Assembly: GCA_963674965.2 (NCBI GenBank)
Contig: CAXXFL010000007.1
Span: 640,001 to 704,000 of the forward strand
Direction of reading: 5' to 3'
DNA: 64,000 nt
Source: a bacterium
Lineage (GTDB): Bacteria; RBG-13-61-14; DATKZS01
Below the pieces are notes generated by a model. The model was not told where the DNA came from and searched no databases. It saw nothing but the letters and a program-made list of their open reading frames with translations. The stretch's first letter is position 1. Each line of letters opens with the position of its first letter. Position numbers and translations under genes: made by a program. This document shows, one piece after another, positions 9,489-20,326 of the stretch.

Positions 9489-10624
9489 CTCCCGCCTCTT
9501 CCTCCCCCGGACCTCGCCCGGGCCTTGGATATCTTGCCCGTCACCATGATATCGCCGCCCGCCATCCTGGCCCTTAGCGACGTAAGGCCCAAGGCGTCGG
9601 CTATCTTGTCCGGACCCTTGCCGCCGGTTATGGACACGCCGTCTCCACCGAGCAGTTTGGGCGCGAAGAAAAAGACGACCTCATCGGCCAGGCCCGAGCG
9701 GATGGCCGAGCCTAAAAGACCCGAGCCCCCCTCGATCAGCGCCGAGGCGATCTTGCGCGCTCCCAGTTCCTTCATCACCGCCGCCAGGTCCACGTATTTG
9801 CCCGAGCCTTTGACGCGGACCACCTCGGCCCCCGCCTCCTCGAACTTCTTAATCCGGGCCGCGCTCGTCTTTTCGTTACAAAAGATAAGCGGGCCGCCCT
9901 CGGCCGGAGTTTTCATTATCCTGCAGTCGAGGGGAACGTTAAGTCCCGAACTGACGATTACCGGCCGGGGATGTCTTTTCTTGCCCGCCAGCCGGACGGT
10001 AAGCTCGGGGTCGTCGGCCCGGACCGTGCCGCCTCCCACCATCACCGCCTGGCAGAAGTCCCGGAGCTTGTGTCCCTCGGCCCTGGCCTTCTCGCCCGTG
10101 ATCCAGATCGAGTCGCCCGAGGAGGTGGCGATCTTGCCGTCCAGGGTGGCGGCGGCCTTGAGGAAAACGTAAGGCTCGCGGGTCAGGATGTATTTGACGA
10201 AGGTCTTGTTAAGCTCGCGGCTTTCCTCCTCGAGCACCCCCGTCACCACCTCGATCCCCGCGCGTCTTAGTTTCTTGAAGCCCTTGCCGGACACGAGAGG
10301 GTTGGGGTCGGTCATGCTCGCCACCACCCGCTTCACGCCCGCGGCGATCAGGGCGTCGGCGCAGGGAGGGGTGGTTCCGAAATGCGAGCAGGGCTCGAGG
10401 CTGACGTAAGCGTCGGAGCCCATGGCCGCGGCGCCCGCCCGGCGCAGGGCGTGGACCTCGGCGTGGGGCTCGCCCGGCCGGCGGAAATAGCCCTCGCCGA
10501 CCTTCTCGCCCTTCTTGACGAGGACGCACCCGACCATCGGGTAATGACGCGTGTCTCCCCAGGCCCGCCGGGCCAGGGACAGGGCGCGCCGCATCCAGAA
10601 CTCGTCGTCCGGCCTTTCGGTCAT
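9473..10624 (-). CDS. ribD: Bifunctional riboflavin deaminase/reductase
   Basis: [29 protein letters not shown] motifs. Confidence 0.95.
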   Translation of the reverse strand: MTERPDDEFWMRRALSLARRAWGDTRHYPMVGCVLVKKGEKVGEGYFRRPGEPHAEVHALRRAGAAAMGSDAYVSLEPCSHFGTTPPCADALIAAGVKRVVASMTDPNPLVSGKGFKKLRRAGIEVVTGVLEEESRELNKTFVKYILTREPYVFLKAAATLDGKIATSSGDSIWITGEKARAEGHKLRDFCQAVMVGGGTVRADDPELTVRLAGKKRHPRPVIVSSGLNVPLDCRIMKTPAEGGPLIFCNEKTSAARIKKFEEAGAEVVRVKGSGKYVDLAAVMKELGARKIASALIEGGSGLLGSAIRSGLADEVVFFFAPKLLGGDGVSITGGKGPDKIADALGLTSLRARMAGGDIMVTGKISKARARSGGGRGGRCSPA

Positions 10625-11100
10625 GCTATCTTGCCCTGTTCTTCCTTCTGGCGCTGGAGAAGGTCCCGCAACTCCTCCATGAACTGGTGGGCGTCCTTAA
10701 AGGAACGGTAAACCGACGCGAAACGGACGTAGGCCACGTGGTCCAAGTGGAAAAGCTCCTCCATAATGGCGCTTCCGACCACGCTGGCGTCGATCTCCTT
10801 GTCCCCGCTCTCCTGAACGCGAGACTCGATCTTGTCGGCTACTTTCTCGAGGGTGGTAATGGAAATGGGACGCTTCTCGCAGGCCTTCTTGAGACCGATG
10901 ATGATCTTCATCCGGTCGAAGGGCTCCCGCCTTCCGTCCTTTTTGATCACGAGCGGCAGGACTTCCTCGATGCGCTCGTAAGTGGTGAACCGGCGGCCGC
11001 ACTCGATGCACTCGCGCCGTCTCCTGATTACCTGGCCGTCCTTGGACAGCCTCGAGTCAATCACCTTGTTGTCCATCTCCTGGCAGAACGGACACTTCAT
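10621..11100 (-). CDS. nrdR: Transcriptional repressor NrdR
   Basis: MKCPFC..RRRREC..RFTTYE, ATP-cone, [10 protein letters not shown]. Confidence 0.97.
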   Translation of the reverse strand: MKCPFCQEMDNKVIDSRLSKDGQVIRRRRECIECGRRFTTYERIEEVLPLVIKKDGRREPFDRMKIIIGLKKACEKRPISITTLEKVADKIESRVQESGDKEIDASVVGSAIMEELFHLDHVAYVRFASVYRSFKDAHQFMEELRDLLQRQKEEQGKIA

Positions 11101-11590
11101 CTTTCTTTCCTCCCTGGTAGCGGCGCACCCGGATTCGCGCCTCCTCGAATAACTTTTCCGCCAACGGGTCCGGGTACCCGTCCTCGTAAACTACCTCTTC
11201 AACTCCAGCGTTTATCAGCATCTTCGCGCATATGGAACATGGGAGGGTGGTGCAATAAAGGACCGACCCCGCTATGGAAACCCCGTGATAGGCCGCCTGG
11301 ATGATGGCGTTTTGCTCCGCGTGAAGCCCGCGGCAAAGCTCGGCCCTCTCCCCAGAGGGAACGCCAAGCTGAGCGCGGCGGCAACCCGTCTCCGCGCAAT
11401 GGGGAAGACCGCTGGGAGCGCCGTTATAACCCGTCGAGAGGACGCGCTTGTTCTTCACCAGCACGGCCCCCACCGCTCGCCGAAGGCAGGTCGTCCTCGT
11501 GCCCACCAGGCGAGTGATGGACATGAAATACTCGTCCCAGTCGGGCCTTTTGGCCGGCGCGGGCGTACTATCAGCGGCTTGCTTTTCCAT
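11057..11590 (-). CDS. dCMP/cytidine deaminase (ComEB family)
   Basis: [27 protein letters not shown]. Confidence 0.92.
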   Translation of the reverse strand: MEKQAADSTPAPAKRPDWDEYFMSITRLVGTRTTCLRRAVGAVLVKNKRVLSTGYNGAPSGLPHCAETGCRRAQLGVPSGERAELCRGLHAEQNAIIQAAYHGVSIAGSVLYCTTLPCSICAKMLINAGVEEVVYEDGYPDPLAEKLFEEARIRVRRYQGGKKDEVSVLPGDGQQGD

Positions 11591-11873
11591 TGAAATACCT
11601 GGATATTGTATCTCATTTTGGGGCGGTTGTAAATATCATACAAGATGTTGTGGCCAAGTAAGGGCCTTAAATAATTGAGGAAAGAAATAACGAATCATCC
11701 GGGGCCATACTAAAAAAACAAACGTGCCGGCCTTTGTCTTGACCTTATTTAGCCGGCTTGAATTAAAAAAAATACTTTGATTTTCTCGCTTGACCGCCGT
11801 CCCCCTTCGCGATAATCTTGACGGGTAGCTTGAGTGACTCCCCAAGGGCTTGGGCAAAAGGCCTTTTAAAGTA

Positions 11874-14800
11874 ATGAGTAAGGAAACCACCGACAAGGCG
11901 GCGAGGGACAGGAACCTCCTGTTCGGAGTAATAGCCGTCCAACTGCACTTCATTCAACCGGTTGACCTTGCCAAGGCGGCCGCGGTTTGGGCCACCAAAA
12001 CGCAACGGGACCTGGGCCAGATACTGGTCGATATGAAGCTGATCAAGGCCTCGGACAAGGCCGTGATCGACCAGCTTATTTTCCAGAAAATCTCCATGCA
12101 TGGGGGAGACGTGGCCGGGACCCTGGCCTCCTTTGGGGGCGGCCGGGCCGTGGCCGAGTCTTTTTCCCCCGACTCCTTCTCCTGGTCCGGGAGCGGAGGT
12201 TACGCCGCCGAGACGAGCGAGCCCTCCCGCGACCCGATGGAGGACACCACCGACTTCACCTGGAGCCAGTCGTCCCGGGAGAGACAAAAGGTGGCCATCG
12301 AGCAGCCCAACCGCTACACCATCAAGGGAGAGCGGGGGAGGGGGGCCATCGGCCGGGTGCTGGTGGCCTTTGACGAGAACATCGGGCGCGAGGTCGCCAT
12401 CAAGGAACTGCTCACGGGCGTGGGCACGGGCTCGAGCGGCGGCGCCAACCGCAGCCCGTCCAAGCACACGGCCGAGGCCACGGCTCGCTTCCTGAGGGAG
12501 GCCCGCATCACGGGCCAGCTAAACCACCCGTCGATCGTGCCCGTCTTCGAGATAGCGCGGCGTCCCGACGACTCCCTTTATTACACCATGCGCCTGGTCC
12601 AGGGCCGGAACATGGCCGAGCACCTTCGGGAATGCAAGGACCTTACCGACCGCATGAAGTACGTCCCCAACTTCCTGGACATATGCCAGGCCATGGCCTA
12701 CGCCCACTCGAGGAACGTCATCCATCGCGACCTCAAGCCCAGCAACGTCATGCTGGGCGACTGGGGCGAGACCATCGTCCTGGACTGGGGCCTGGCCAAG
12801 GTGCAGGGATGGGACGAGGACTCGACCGACAGCCTGGACGCGGCGATGAGGGCCATCGCCGACGCCGGCGTTTGCGAGACCCTGCAGGGGGCGCCCATGG
12901 GCACGCCCTCATACATGAGCCCGGAGCAGGCCGAGGGACTCATAAAAAAAGTGGATAAAAGGAGCGACGTCTGGAGCCTGGGGGCCATGCTCTACGAGCT
13001 GCTAGCCGGCCGGCCGCCCTTTATCGGCCACTCGGCCTTCGAGGTCATGGGCAAGGTGATGAAGAACGACGTGGGGCTGGTTCAGGAGATCGAGCCCGAG
13101 GCCCCCCTCGAGTTCTGCGCCATCGCCCACAAGTGCCTCGAGCGCGAGCGGGACAAGCGCTTCGCCGACGCGGGGGAGCTGGCGGCCAAGATCGAGCGGG
13201 TAAGCCAGGTGGTATTCGGCGCCATGAGCTTCGTCCGGGTGCGTGAGGAGAGGAACGTGGCGGTCGAGCAGAAGCGGATCGCCGATGAACAGCGGATGAT
13301 CGCCGAGGAACAGCGGCGCATCGCGGAGGAACAAAAGAAGCTGGCCGAGGAGCAAAGGGCCCTGGCCGAGAAGCGGGAACGGGAGGCCCGGCGCAACCTG
13401 GCGGAGGCTTATTTCCAGTACGGACTTCGCTCGGAGCAGGAAAGGCGCTTTAACGACGCCCGCGTTTATTTCGCCAAGGCCCTGGCCCTGACGGGGAGGG
13501 AGGACGCCAGGAGCGCCCTTTACCGCCAGGCCACGAGGCGATTCAAGGTCACCCTTACGAAAATCCTGGATGGACACCAGGAGAGGGTCACGGCGGTGGC
13601 CTTCTCTCCCGACGGTTCTCACCTGGCCACCGCCAGTTGGGACGAGACGGTCAAGATATGGTCCGTCGAGCTGGGTGACTGCGTCAAGACCCTGCCGGGC
13701 CACGACGCCTGGGTGACCTCGGTGGCCTTCTCGCCCGACGGCGAGATGGTCCTGGCCGGGAGCGCCGAGTCGGCCAGGCTGTGGAACGTCGAGACGGGAG
13801 CGGTCGCTCGCGAGCTTCGGGGCCATGAGGCCGAGGTCATGTCCGTGGCCTTCTCGCCCGACGGCAAGATAATCGCCACCGGCGGCGTGGACCAGACCAT
13901 CGTACTTTGGGACGCGGCGGCCGGGGAGATAATAAGGACCATGAAGGGACACGAGGACTGGGTGACCTCGCTGGCCTTCAGCGCCGACCAGAGGATGCTC
14001 GTCTCGGGAAGCTGGGACGGGAGCGTCAAGCTTTGGGACTTCGAGTCGGGAGAATGCCTCATGACCCTGAGGGGACACGACGACGAGGTCAACTCCGTAC
14101 AGATCGACATGGAGTGCATCCACGCCCTTTCCGCCTCGAACGACAAGACCCTCAAGCTGTGGAGGATCGAGACGGGAGAGTGCGTCAAGACCTTCCGCGG
14201 CCATTCGGACAGGGTCTTCTCGAACTCCCTCCATCCCCTGGGCGAGATGGCCGTCTCCGGCGGAGACGACCACAGCCTGCGAGTGTGGTCCCTGGACTAC
14301 GAGGACTGCGAGCTGTCCTTTACCGGCCACGAGGGAAGGATATGCTCGGTCCAGTTCTCGCCCGACGGAAAAAACCTGGCCTCGGCGAGCTGGGACAAGA
14401 CCGCGCGCCTGTGGAAAGTCTCGGAGGAAAGCTCGGCCATGACGCTGTGGGGCCACGAGAGCGACGTGCTTTGCGCGGCCTATTCGCCGGACGGACGGCG
14501 CGTGCTCTCGGGGGGGGAGGACGGGACCTTCTGCCTGTTCAACGCCTCGAGCGGGGAACTGATAAAGAGCCGCGCCGCCCACGTGGCGCCCATCTCCGCC
14601 GTGGCCTTCATGCCCAACGGGGCCGGTTTCATAACGGCCAGCTGGGACCACACCATCAAGCTGTGGAACGCCAAGACCCTCGAGAACGTGATGAAGTTCG
14701 AGGGACATGAGGACGACGTGCTGGACGCGGTCTTCACCATGGACGGCCGCGGCCTGGTGTCGGCGGGCTACGACAACTCGTGCAGGCTGTGGGACGTACG

Positions 14801-15452
14801 GAGCGGCAAGTGCCTCCGGACCTTGACCGAGCACAACTACCCGGTCCTGGCCTGCGACGCCTCTCCCGACGGGGGCTACGTTCTGACCGGGAGCTGCTCC
14901 GAGCGGGAGGGCTTCGACTGCGTAAAGGGCGAGATGAGACTCTGGTCCATCCGCACCGGCGACTGCCTCAGGCGCTTCGTGGGGCACAAGGACAACGTGC
15001 TCACCGTGGCCTTTTCCCCCGACGGCAGGAAGGTCGTCTCGGGCAGCCTCGAGAGCGTCATGATCTGGTCGGTCCAGTCGGGAGAGAAGATACTGACCAT
15101 GTCGGGACACGACTTCTGGGTCAAGTCGGTGGCCTTCTCTCCCGACGGGACATACCTGGTCTCGGGCGGAGACGACGGGTTGGTGAAGATATGGTCGGCC
15201 GAGACGGGCGCCTGTCTTCTGACGCTCGAGGGCCATGAGGGGGCCGTGTGCAAGACGCGCTTTTCACCGGACGGCCGGAGCGTTTTATCGGCGGCCAAGG
15301 ACATGACGGCGCGGATATGGCCCATCGTCTTCGATCTGCTCGAGTCCACGGGGGAGGAGCTTTTCGACGCGGCCCGCGCCGAGACGGGCATGGCCCTGGA
15401 CGGCTTCAAGGTGGTCCAGGACGTCGGGAGGCCGGAGTCCGCGGACCTCTGA
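11874..15452 (+). CDS. Hanks-type Ser/Thr kinase with coiled coil and about 14 WD40 repeats
   Basis: VAIK, HRDLKPSN, DWG, GTPSYMSPEQ; repeated GH..V..VAFSPDG..W; start taken at the ATG at 11874. Confidence 0.92.
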   Translation: MSKETTDKAARDRNLLFGVIAVQLHFIQPVDLAKAAAVWATKTQRDLGQILVDMKLIKASDKAVIDQLIFQKISMHGGDVAGTLASFGGGRAVAESFSPDSFSWSGSGGYAAETSEPSRDPMEDTTDFTWSQSSRERQKVAIEQPNRYTIKGERGRGAIGRVLVAFDENIGREVAIKELLTGVGTGSSGGANRSPSKHTAEATARFLREARITGQLNHPSIVPVFEIARRPDDSLYYTMRLVQGRNMAEHLRECKDLTDRMKYVPNFLDICQAMAYAHSRNVIHRDLKPSNVMLGDWGETIVLDWGLAKVQGWDEDSTDSLDAAMRAIADAGVCETLQGAPMGTPSYMSPEQAEGLIKKVDKRSDVWSLGAMLYELLAGRPPFIGHSAFEVMGKVMKNDVGLVQEIEPEAPLEFCAIAHKCLERERDKRFADAGELAAKIERVSQVVFGAMSFVRVREERNVAVEQKRIADEQRMIAEEQRRIAEEQKKLAEEQRALAEKREREARRNLAEAYFQYGLRSEQERRFNDARVYFAKALALTGREDARSALYRQATRRFKVTLTKILDGHQERVTAVAFSPDGSHLATASWDETVKIWSVELGDCVKTLPGHDAWVTSVAFSPDGEMVLAGSAESARLWNVETGAVARELRGHEAEVMSVAFSPDGKIIATGGVDQTIVLWDAAAGEIIRTMKGHEDWVTSLAFSADQRMLVSGSWDGSVKLWDFESGECLMTLRGHDDEVNSVQIDMECIHALSASNDKTLKLWRIETGECVKTFRGHSDRVFSNSLHPLGEMAVSGGDDHSLRVWSLDYEDCELSFTGHEGRICSVQFSPDGKNLASASWDKTARLWKVSEESSAMTLWGHESDVLCAAYSPDGRRVLSGGEDGTFCLFNASSGELIKSRAAHVAPISAVAFMPNGAGFITASWDHTIKLWNAKTLENVMKFEGHEDDVLDAVFTMDGRGLVSAGYDNSCRLWDVRSGKCLRTLTEHNYPVLACDASPDGGYVLTGSCSEREGFDCVKGEMRLWSIRTGDCLRRFVGHKDNVLTVAFSPDGRKVVSGSLESVMIWSVQSGEKILTMSGHDFWVKSVAFSPDGTYLVSGGDDGLVKIWSAETGACLLTLEGHEGAVCKTRFSPDGRSVLSAAKDMTARIWPIVFDLLESTGEELFDAARAETGMALDGFKVVQDVGRPESADL
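13266..13375 (+). repeat. Coding heptad repeat (EQRRIAE-like x5) in the kinase linker
   Basis: EQKRIAD EQRMIAE EQRRIAE EQKKLAE EQRALAE. Confidence 0.8.
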
Positions 15453-15456
15453 GCCT

Positions 15457-15918
15457 TCAGGGCAGGTCTTTCTCCGACTCCACCGCCACCCCGTTGAGAA
15501 GAAGCAGCGAGGTGAAACATCCGATCCCCTTGACCACTCGGGACCCGTTGTAGACCTCGTAGACCCCGCATGACGGGCTCCGGTCCTTGAGCACCGCCCG
15601 GGTCGCTCCCGCCAGCCTGGCGATCTTGAGGGACTCGGCGGCCCCCCGCAAAAACTGCCTGGTCACGTCCGTCCCGTCCCGCAGAAGCAGCCGGTTCTTG
15701 CCGCCCCTCAGCATGGACCCGTCGCCGTGGTCGAAGTCGGCCGGCTCGCGGGGCACGGGCAGACCGGAAAGGGACTCGGGACAAACGGGAACGAAGCGTT
15801 TGCCCTCCAGGTAGGCGATAACTTTGTCGTCGCGCTTGGACACCCCGTTGTACCTGCACGCCACCCCCAGAAGGCACGCGCTGACCAGTATTACCTCGTC
15901 CTTGTCCGACTCGCTCAT
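15457..15918 (-). CDS. DUF523 / TudS-like (2-thiouracil desulfidase family) Fe-S protein
   Basis: VSACLLG..CRYNG, VCPE, RSPSCG. Confidence 0.88.
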   Translation of the reverse strand: MSESDKDEVILVSACLLGVACRYNGVSKRDDKVIAYLEGKRFVPVCPESLSGLPVPREPADFDHGDGSMLRGGKNRLLLRDGTDVTRQFLRGAAESLKIARLAGATRAVLKDRSPSCGVYEVYNGSRVVKGIGCFTSLLLLNGVAVESEKDLP

Positions 15919-16218
15919 GTCATCCTCCCCGCCGATGAATCGAGTATAAACGGACGCCCCGCCGGCTTCCGATCGTATGCCATACTATATAACCACCGGC
16001 AAGGGAATTTCAACGCGGAAAAATAAAAGGGGCAAAACGACGTCCATTTCGGAATGGGTCCGGCGCCGGCCTCCATGTGAGTCTCGCCCTTCGCCTTGAC
16101 ATACGAGCGCATATCATGGCAACATTTTTTCGAGTACGCCCATTGGGGCCGGATAGTGGGAGGCAAAAGGAATCGCGCCGGGCGCGGAAAAACGCCGGAA
16201 ATAAGCGATGGAGAAGGC

Positions 16219-17193
16219 ATGAGAGACCTGAAAGACATGGGGAGCGGATGGATCGCCGCCGCGGGATGTATAATCGTCATCGCGGTCCTGGCGATTATTT
16301 ACGCCATTCAAGGCGGCCGCCGCGAAGCCATGCGACAAGAGTTCCTCGCCTCCCGCGAGACCCTCGATAAAAGCGCGGCCCAACTGTCCGAGACCGTCCA
16401 GTCATATAAAACCAGACTTTCCGATCTGGAAAATGAAAACAAGGCATTGAAAGAAGGAATTGAAAAGGAGAGAGAGAGGATAAATTATCTTAACAAAAAA
16501 GTCACAGAATTAATTCGCGAGGATAACCATTATAGTAAAAAGGGAACGGAAAGCCGCAAAGATATCATGATGTTGCAATCGCGCCTGGCTAATAAAAAAA
16601 ACAAGCGGGAGATAAGCCCACAGCTTAGCAAGTACTGGCCCGTTATAAAGAAGAAAGCCCCCGACTTCATCGATCATTATAAAAGTATTTATCCGGACTT
16701 CGGCCGGGACGCTTTCGTTTCCCGTGAGTATGAGCCTAGGTCGCATGTCGGGGCGAAAGAAAATGTGTATTATGGAGATATTGTTGGCGTTCTTATTGAT
16801 TGTACCGTTGAAAACCACGATTACCGCGTCTGTTCATCCGATGAAACAAAGTGCATATCGACCGGGGTATCCTCCCTCGACGCTGATTCAAAGGTATGTT
16901 TCGACGACAATTTTTGGGAGTTGAGCTTTACGATCGCTCCTTGCGGGGCCGCCTGCCGCTACACTCATTTGACATGGCTGGATGAAGACACTTTCATGTT
17001 CGTGAACCACTATCACTCGAGCGCGCGGACGGACCCGGACATAGCCGGCGACATGGTCGTTCCCATAATAAATATCTACCGAACTTTGCCCGAGTACAGT
17101 GTATCGAAAATTGGAGAGCACGTCGGCCCGCCCGTGGATTATGATAAATTTCATGACGTTGACTGGGCATTAATGCCAACGAAGGTCCCATAA
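16219..17193 (+). CDS. Membrane-anchored coiled-coil protein, tandem paralogue 1
   Basis: Start moved to the ATG at 16219 by alignment with paralogues; TM, coiled coil, WLDEDTFMFV domain. Confidence 0.75.
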   Translation: MRDLKDMGSGWIAAAGCIIVIAVLAIIYAIQGGRREAMRQEFLASRETLDKSAAQLSETVQSYKTRLSDLENENKALKEGIEKERERINYLNKKVTELIREDNHYSKKGTESRKDIMMLQSRLANKKNKREISPQLSKYWPVIKKKAPDFIDHYKSIYPDFGRDAFVSREYEPRSHVGAKENVYYGDIVGVLIDCTVENHDYRVCSSDETKCISTGVSSLDADSKVCFDDNFWELSFTIAPCGAACRYTHLTWLDEDTFMFVNHYHSSARTDPDIAGDMVVPIINIYRTLPEYSVSKIGEHVGPPVDYDKFHDVDWALMPTKVP

Positions 17194-17206
17194 AAGAGGA
17201 GACAAG

Positions 17207-18196
17207 ATGAAAGGGTTAGGAGGCATTGGAAGCGGATGGATCGCCGCCGCGGGATGCATAATCGTCATCGCGGTCCTGGCGATAATTTACGCCATTCAAG
17301 GCGGCCGCCGCGAAGCCACGCGACAAGACCTCCTCGCCTCCCGCGAGACCCTCGAGAAAAGCGCGGCCCAACTGTCCGAATCCGTCCAATCATACAAAAC
17401 CAGACTCTCCGAAGTGGAAAATGAAAACAAGGAACTTAAAGACGATCTTAAGGAGGAGAAGGCGAGGATAAGTGATCTTGATAACAAACTTGAGAGCTTG
17501 AATAGAGAGGCCGACTACCATGGAAATATACTGAGGGAATGCCAAAGAAACCGAGTGCTTCTGCAGACGCGTCTGGCCACTCCTAAGAACAAGCGGGAAA
17601 TCAATCCGCAACTGAAAAAGTACTGGCCCATAATAGAGAAGAAAGCCCCCGGCTTTATCCAGCATTATCGAACCTTTTATCCCGACTTCGGCCTCGATTC
17701 CTTTATCTCCAGGGAGTTCGAGCCGAAGCTCGTGGGAGAAGGTAATGATCTGAGCTACGGCGAGCACATGGACGACATGGCCGACTATGTCGAAGGTTAC
17801 GATAATAGTTACAAGATTTACAACTACCGTGTCTGGTCTTCCGATAAAAAGAGGTACATCGCGACATGCATGGCTGATTGCGATGGTGATGAACAAGTGC
17901 GGCTACTGGACCTTGAAGCCAATTATCGCGCGACGATCGCCCCTTGCGGCTCCCCCTGCCGTTATACTAATCTGACCTGGCTGGATGAAGACACTTTCAT
18001 GTTCGTGAATCACTATCACTCCAACACTCGTACGGACCTGGACGTTACCGGCAACATGGTCGTTCCTCAAATTAATATCTACCGAACTTCGCCCGAGTAC
18101 ATTGTATCGCAAATTGGAGAGCACGTCGGCCCGCCCGTGGATTATGAGAGGTTTTACGGCGTTGAATGGGATTATAATTTGATGGTAAGCCCGTGA
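17207..18196 (+). CDS. Membrane-anchored coiled-coil protein, tandem paralogue 2
   Basis: Near-identical N-terminus to paralogue 1; GAGGA RBS. Confidence 0.8.
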   Translation: MKGLGGIGSGWIAAAGCIIVIAVLAIIYAIQGGRREATRQDLLASRETLEKSAAQLSESVQSYKTRLSEVENENKELKDDLKEEKARISDLDNKLESLNREADYHGNILRECQRNRVLLQTRLATPKNKREINPQLKKYWPIIEKKAPGFIQHYRTFYPDFGLDSFISREFEPKLVGEGNDLSYGEHMDDMADYVEGYDNSYKIYNYRVWSSDKKRYIATCMADCDGDEQVRLLDLEANYRATIAPCGSPCRYTNLTWLDEDTFMFVNHYHSNTRTDLDVTGNMVVPQINIYRTSPEYIVSQIGEHVGPPVDYERFYGVEWDYNLMVSP

Positions 18197-18236
18197 AGGC
18201 AAAAGAGGGAGGCGCCGAACGAGCGACGGAAGAAAC

Positions 18237-19217
18237 ATGAAAGGATTGAGCCGTAATATTGGGACCGGATGGACCGCCTTCGCGGGCTGTCTTGTCATCA
18301 TCGCGGGCATGTCGTTTTTCCACGCGATCAAGATCGACGGCTATATGGCCATGGAAAAGGACCTTCTCGCCTCTCGAACGGCCATGCAAAAAAACGCGCT
18401 GGAACTGTCCGAGTCCATCGGCTCTTACAAAGCCAAACTCTGCGCTCTGGAAAATGAAAACAATGAGCTTAAAGACTCGCTGGCCCGGGAGGAGGAAAAA
18501 GCGGATGAACTTCAAGATGAAGTAGATTCAAGGCAAAAATGGGCAGAGGAGAGTAAAAAAGATTGGCTGGAACGGCAAAAGCAGGTCGAGCGGCTTCAGG
18601 CGCGTTTGGCGACGCCAAAAAGCCGGCGGGAAATCAGCCCGCAACTTAAAAAGTTTTGGCCTATAATAGAGCAAAAAGCCCCCGACCTCATCGAAAATTA
18701 TAAACGTCATTTTTCGGACGTCGGACCGGACATGTTCGTCTCCAAGGAATACACGCCAAAGCTACTGGTCTGGAGCGACATGATATTCTACGATAAATCG
18801 GTCGATTACCGGGATTTTATATACCCTTACCGAGCGTACTCTCCCGATAAAAAGAAGGTGATTTCATCTTCATCCTGCCAGAAAATAGAAGATTGCGGCG
18901 TGGAAATGGAAGTACTGTTGCACGATCTTGAGTTCGATTGCTATAAAGCTCTTTCGGCGTGCTCGGCATGCAATTTCAAAGACCAGGCCTGGCTCGATGA
19001 AAATACTTTCATGTTCGTCACCAACATTTTAGTATATCATTATCTAACTGGTTCAGACAAGGATATGGTCAGGCCTTATATTTCCATTTATGTTTACAAA
19101 TCTTCTCCCCCCGCCGAGGCCCGTTTCGCCCTGATCGGAGAGCACTTCGGCCCGGTCGTGGAATATGAAGGGTTTATAAACACTGTTTGGGAATCTCGCT
19201 GGAGATATCACAAATGA
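18237..19217 (+). CDS. Membrane-anchored coiled-coil protein, tandem paralogue 3
   Basis: Shares REISPQL..WPII..KAP, WLDENTFMFV, IGEHFGP. Confidence 0.8.
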   Translation: MKGLSRNIGTGWTAFAGCLVIIAGMSFFHAIKIDGYMAMEKDLLASRTAMQKNALELSESIGSYKAKLCALENENNELKDSLAREEEKADELQDEVDSRQKWAEESKKDWLERQKQVERLQARLATPKSRREISPQLKKFWPIIEQKAPDLIENYKRHFSDVGPDMFVSKEYTPKLLVWSDMIFYDKSVDYRDFIYPYRAYSPDKKKVISSSSCQKIEDCGVEMEVLLHDLEFDCYKALSACSACNFKDQAWLDENTFMFVTNILVYHYLTGSDKDMVRPYISIYVYKSSPPAEARFALIGEHFGPVVEYEGFINTVWESRWRYHK

Positions 19218-19363
19218 TGCGGCCATAAATAGGGAGCGGCAAAGAAGGCGCGGCGGCCTATCGGACCCCGTGAGGATTTTAGTGAAAGGGCGAATTGGAA
19301 AAACCTTTCTCGGGAGGGGAAATCTATAAACTCCGCTTCGATCATGCCATGGTAATTATCCTT

Positions 19364-19460
19364 CACTTTCAGGGCGCTTAATCATTGATTACTCTTTCCC
19401 GGGGTGGCGTCCCGCTTGGCGATCCTGACCCCGGGCCGTTATATTTCCGCCCCATGGGCG
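19364..19460. repeat. Degenerate REP-like palindrome
   Basis: CCCGGGGT...ACCCCGGG stem flanked by CTTTCAGGGCG and CGCCCCATGGGCG in a convergent intergenic region. Confidence 0.35.
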
Positions 19461-19521
19461 ACAAGATTGGTTTGCATATTGGCCCCGGCTGGGCGGAACG
19501 TTTTATCTTTTGCCTTTATCT

Positions 19522-19884
19522 TTAGGCGAGGGCTTTTTTGATTTTTTTTAATAGGGCGGTGGGCCCGTCGACCTTGCAGACGAAGCCGTCCACGCCCGAG
19601 CTTCGGACCAGTTCGTCCAGGTCCTGGGCGCTCTTGTTCGAGTAGAACAGTATCTTGGGCCGAGGGTGGACGGTGCGGGAGATGATCTCGGCCAGGGCGT
19701 CCCCCGAGAGGGCGGGCATCATCACGTCCAGGAGCACCAGGTGGGGGGCGAAGCTCCTGATGGTCGAGCTGGCGCCGATGGCCCTGGTCGTGATCATGAC
19801 CTCGTAGCCGGCCTTGGTCAGCACCTTTTGCGCCAGCGCGCAGGAGTTTTCGTCGTCGTCGAGCACGAATATTTTATGAGTCAT
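19522..19884 (-). CDS. Single-domain response regulator
   Basis: VLDDD, LDVMMP, YS, CK receiver motifs. Confidence 0.9.
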   Translation of the reverse strand: MTHKIFVLDDDENSCALAQKVLTKAGYEVMITTRAIGASSTIRSFAPHLVLLDVMMPALSGDALAEIISRTVHPRPKILFYSNKSAQDLDELVRSSGVDGFVCKVDGPTALLKKIKKALA

Positions 19885-19951
19885 AAAGCTGTCCTTTCAG
19901 CGGCGCGGCCATGGGGCTTGGCGCTCCCCGGTTTTTTAGCGGACTTCGCGT

Positions 19952-20326
19952 TCAAGCCTCGGCCAGGGCTTTTTTCACGGCCTCCACCATGGCGATGGGT
20001 CCGTTGGTTTTGCAGTGGTATCCGGTGGCCCCGTTCTTTTCGGCCAGGGCCTTAAGCTCGGCCTCGCTCAGGTTGGAGAAGAAAACGATCTTGGGTTTTC
20101 GGAGCATGGACTTGTCGCCCTGGATGATGCTCGCCAGCGTGTCTCCGCCCAGTCCGGGCATCCTCACGTCCAGCATGACCAGGTCGGGCCTGACGTTCTT
20201 GATCGAGGACATGGCCCCGTTAGGCTCGCTTTGCACGTCCACGTCGTAGCCGGCCCTGGTGAGCACGGCCTTGACCAGCATGCACTCGTTAAAGTCGTCG
20301 TCCAGCACGAAAACTCTTTTCTTCAT
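19952..20326 (-). CDS. Single-domain response regulator
   Basis: Start MKKRVF at 20326; VLDDD, LDVRMP, FS, CK. Confidence 0.88.
   Translation of the reverse strand: MKKRVFVLDDDFNECMLVKAVLTRAGYDVDVQSEPNGAMSSIKNVRPDLVMLDVRMPGLGGDTLASIIQGDKSMLRKPKIVFFSNLSEAELKALAEKNGATGYHCKTNGPIAMVEAVKKALAEA

Noticed and set aside
13002-15236. 744-aa minus-strand ORF
   Set aside because: Antisense shadow of the GC-rich WD40 repeats; no protein-like motifs
16219-19217. DGR template/variable repeat pair
   Set aside because: Differences between copies are not adenine-specific, all copies are full ORFs, and no reverse transcriptase is in the window
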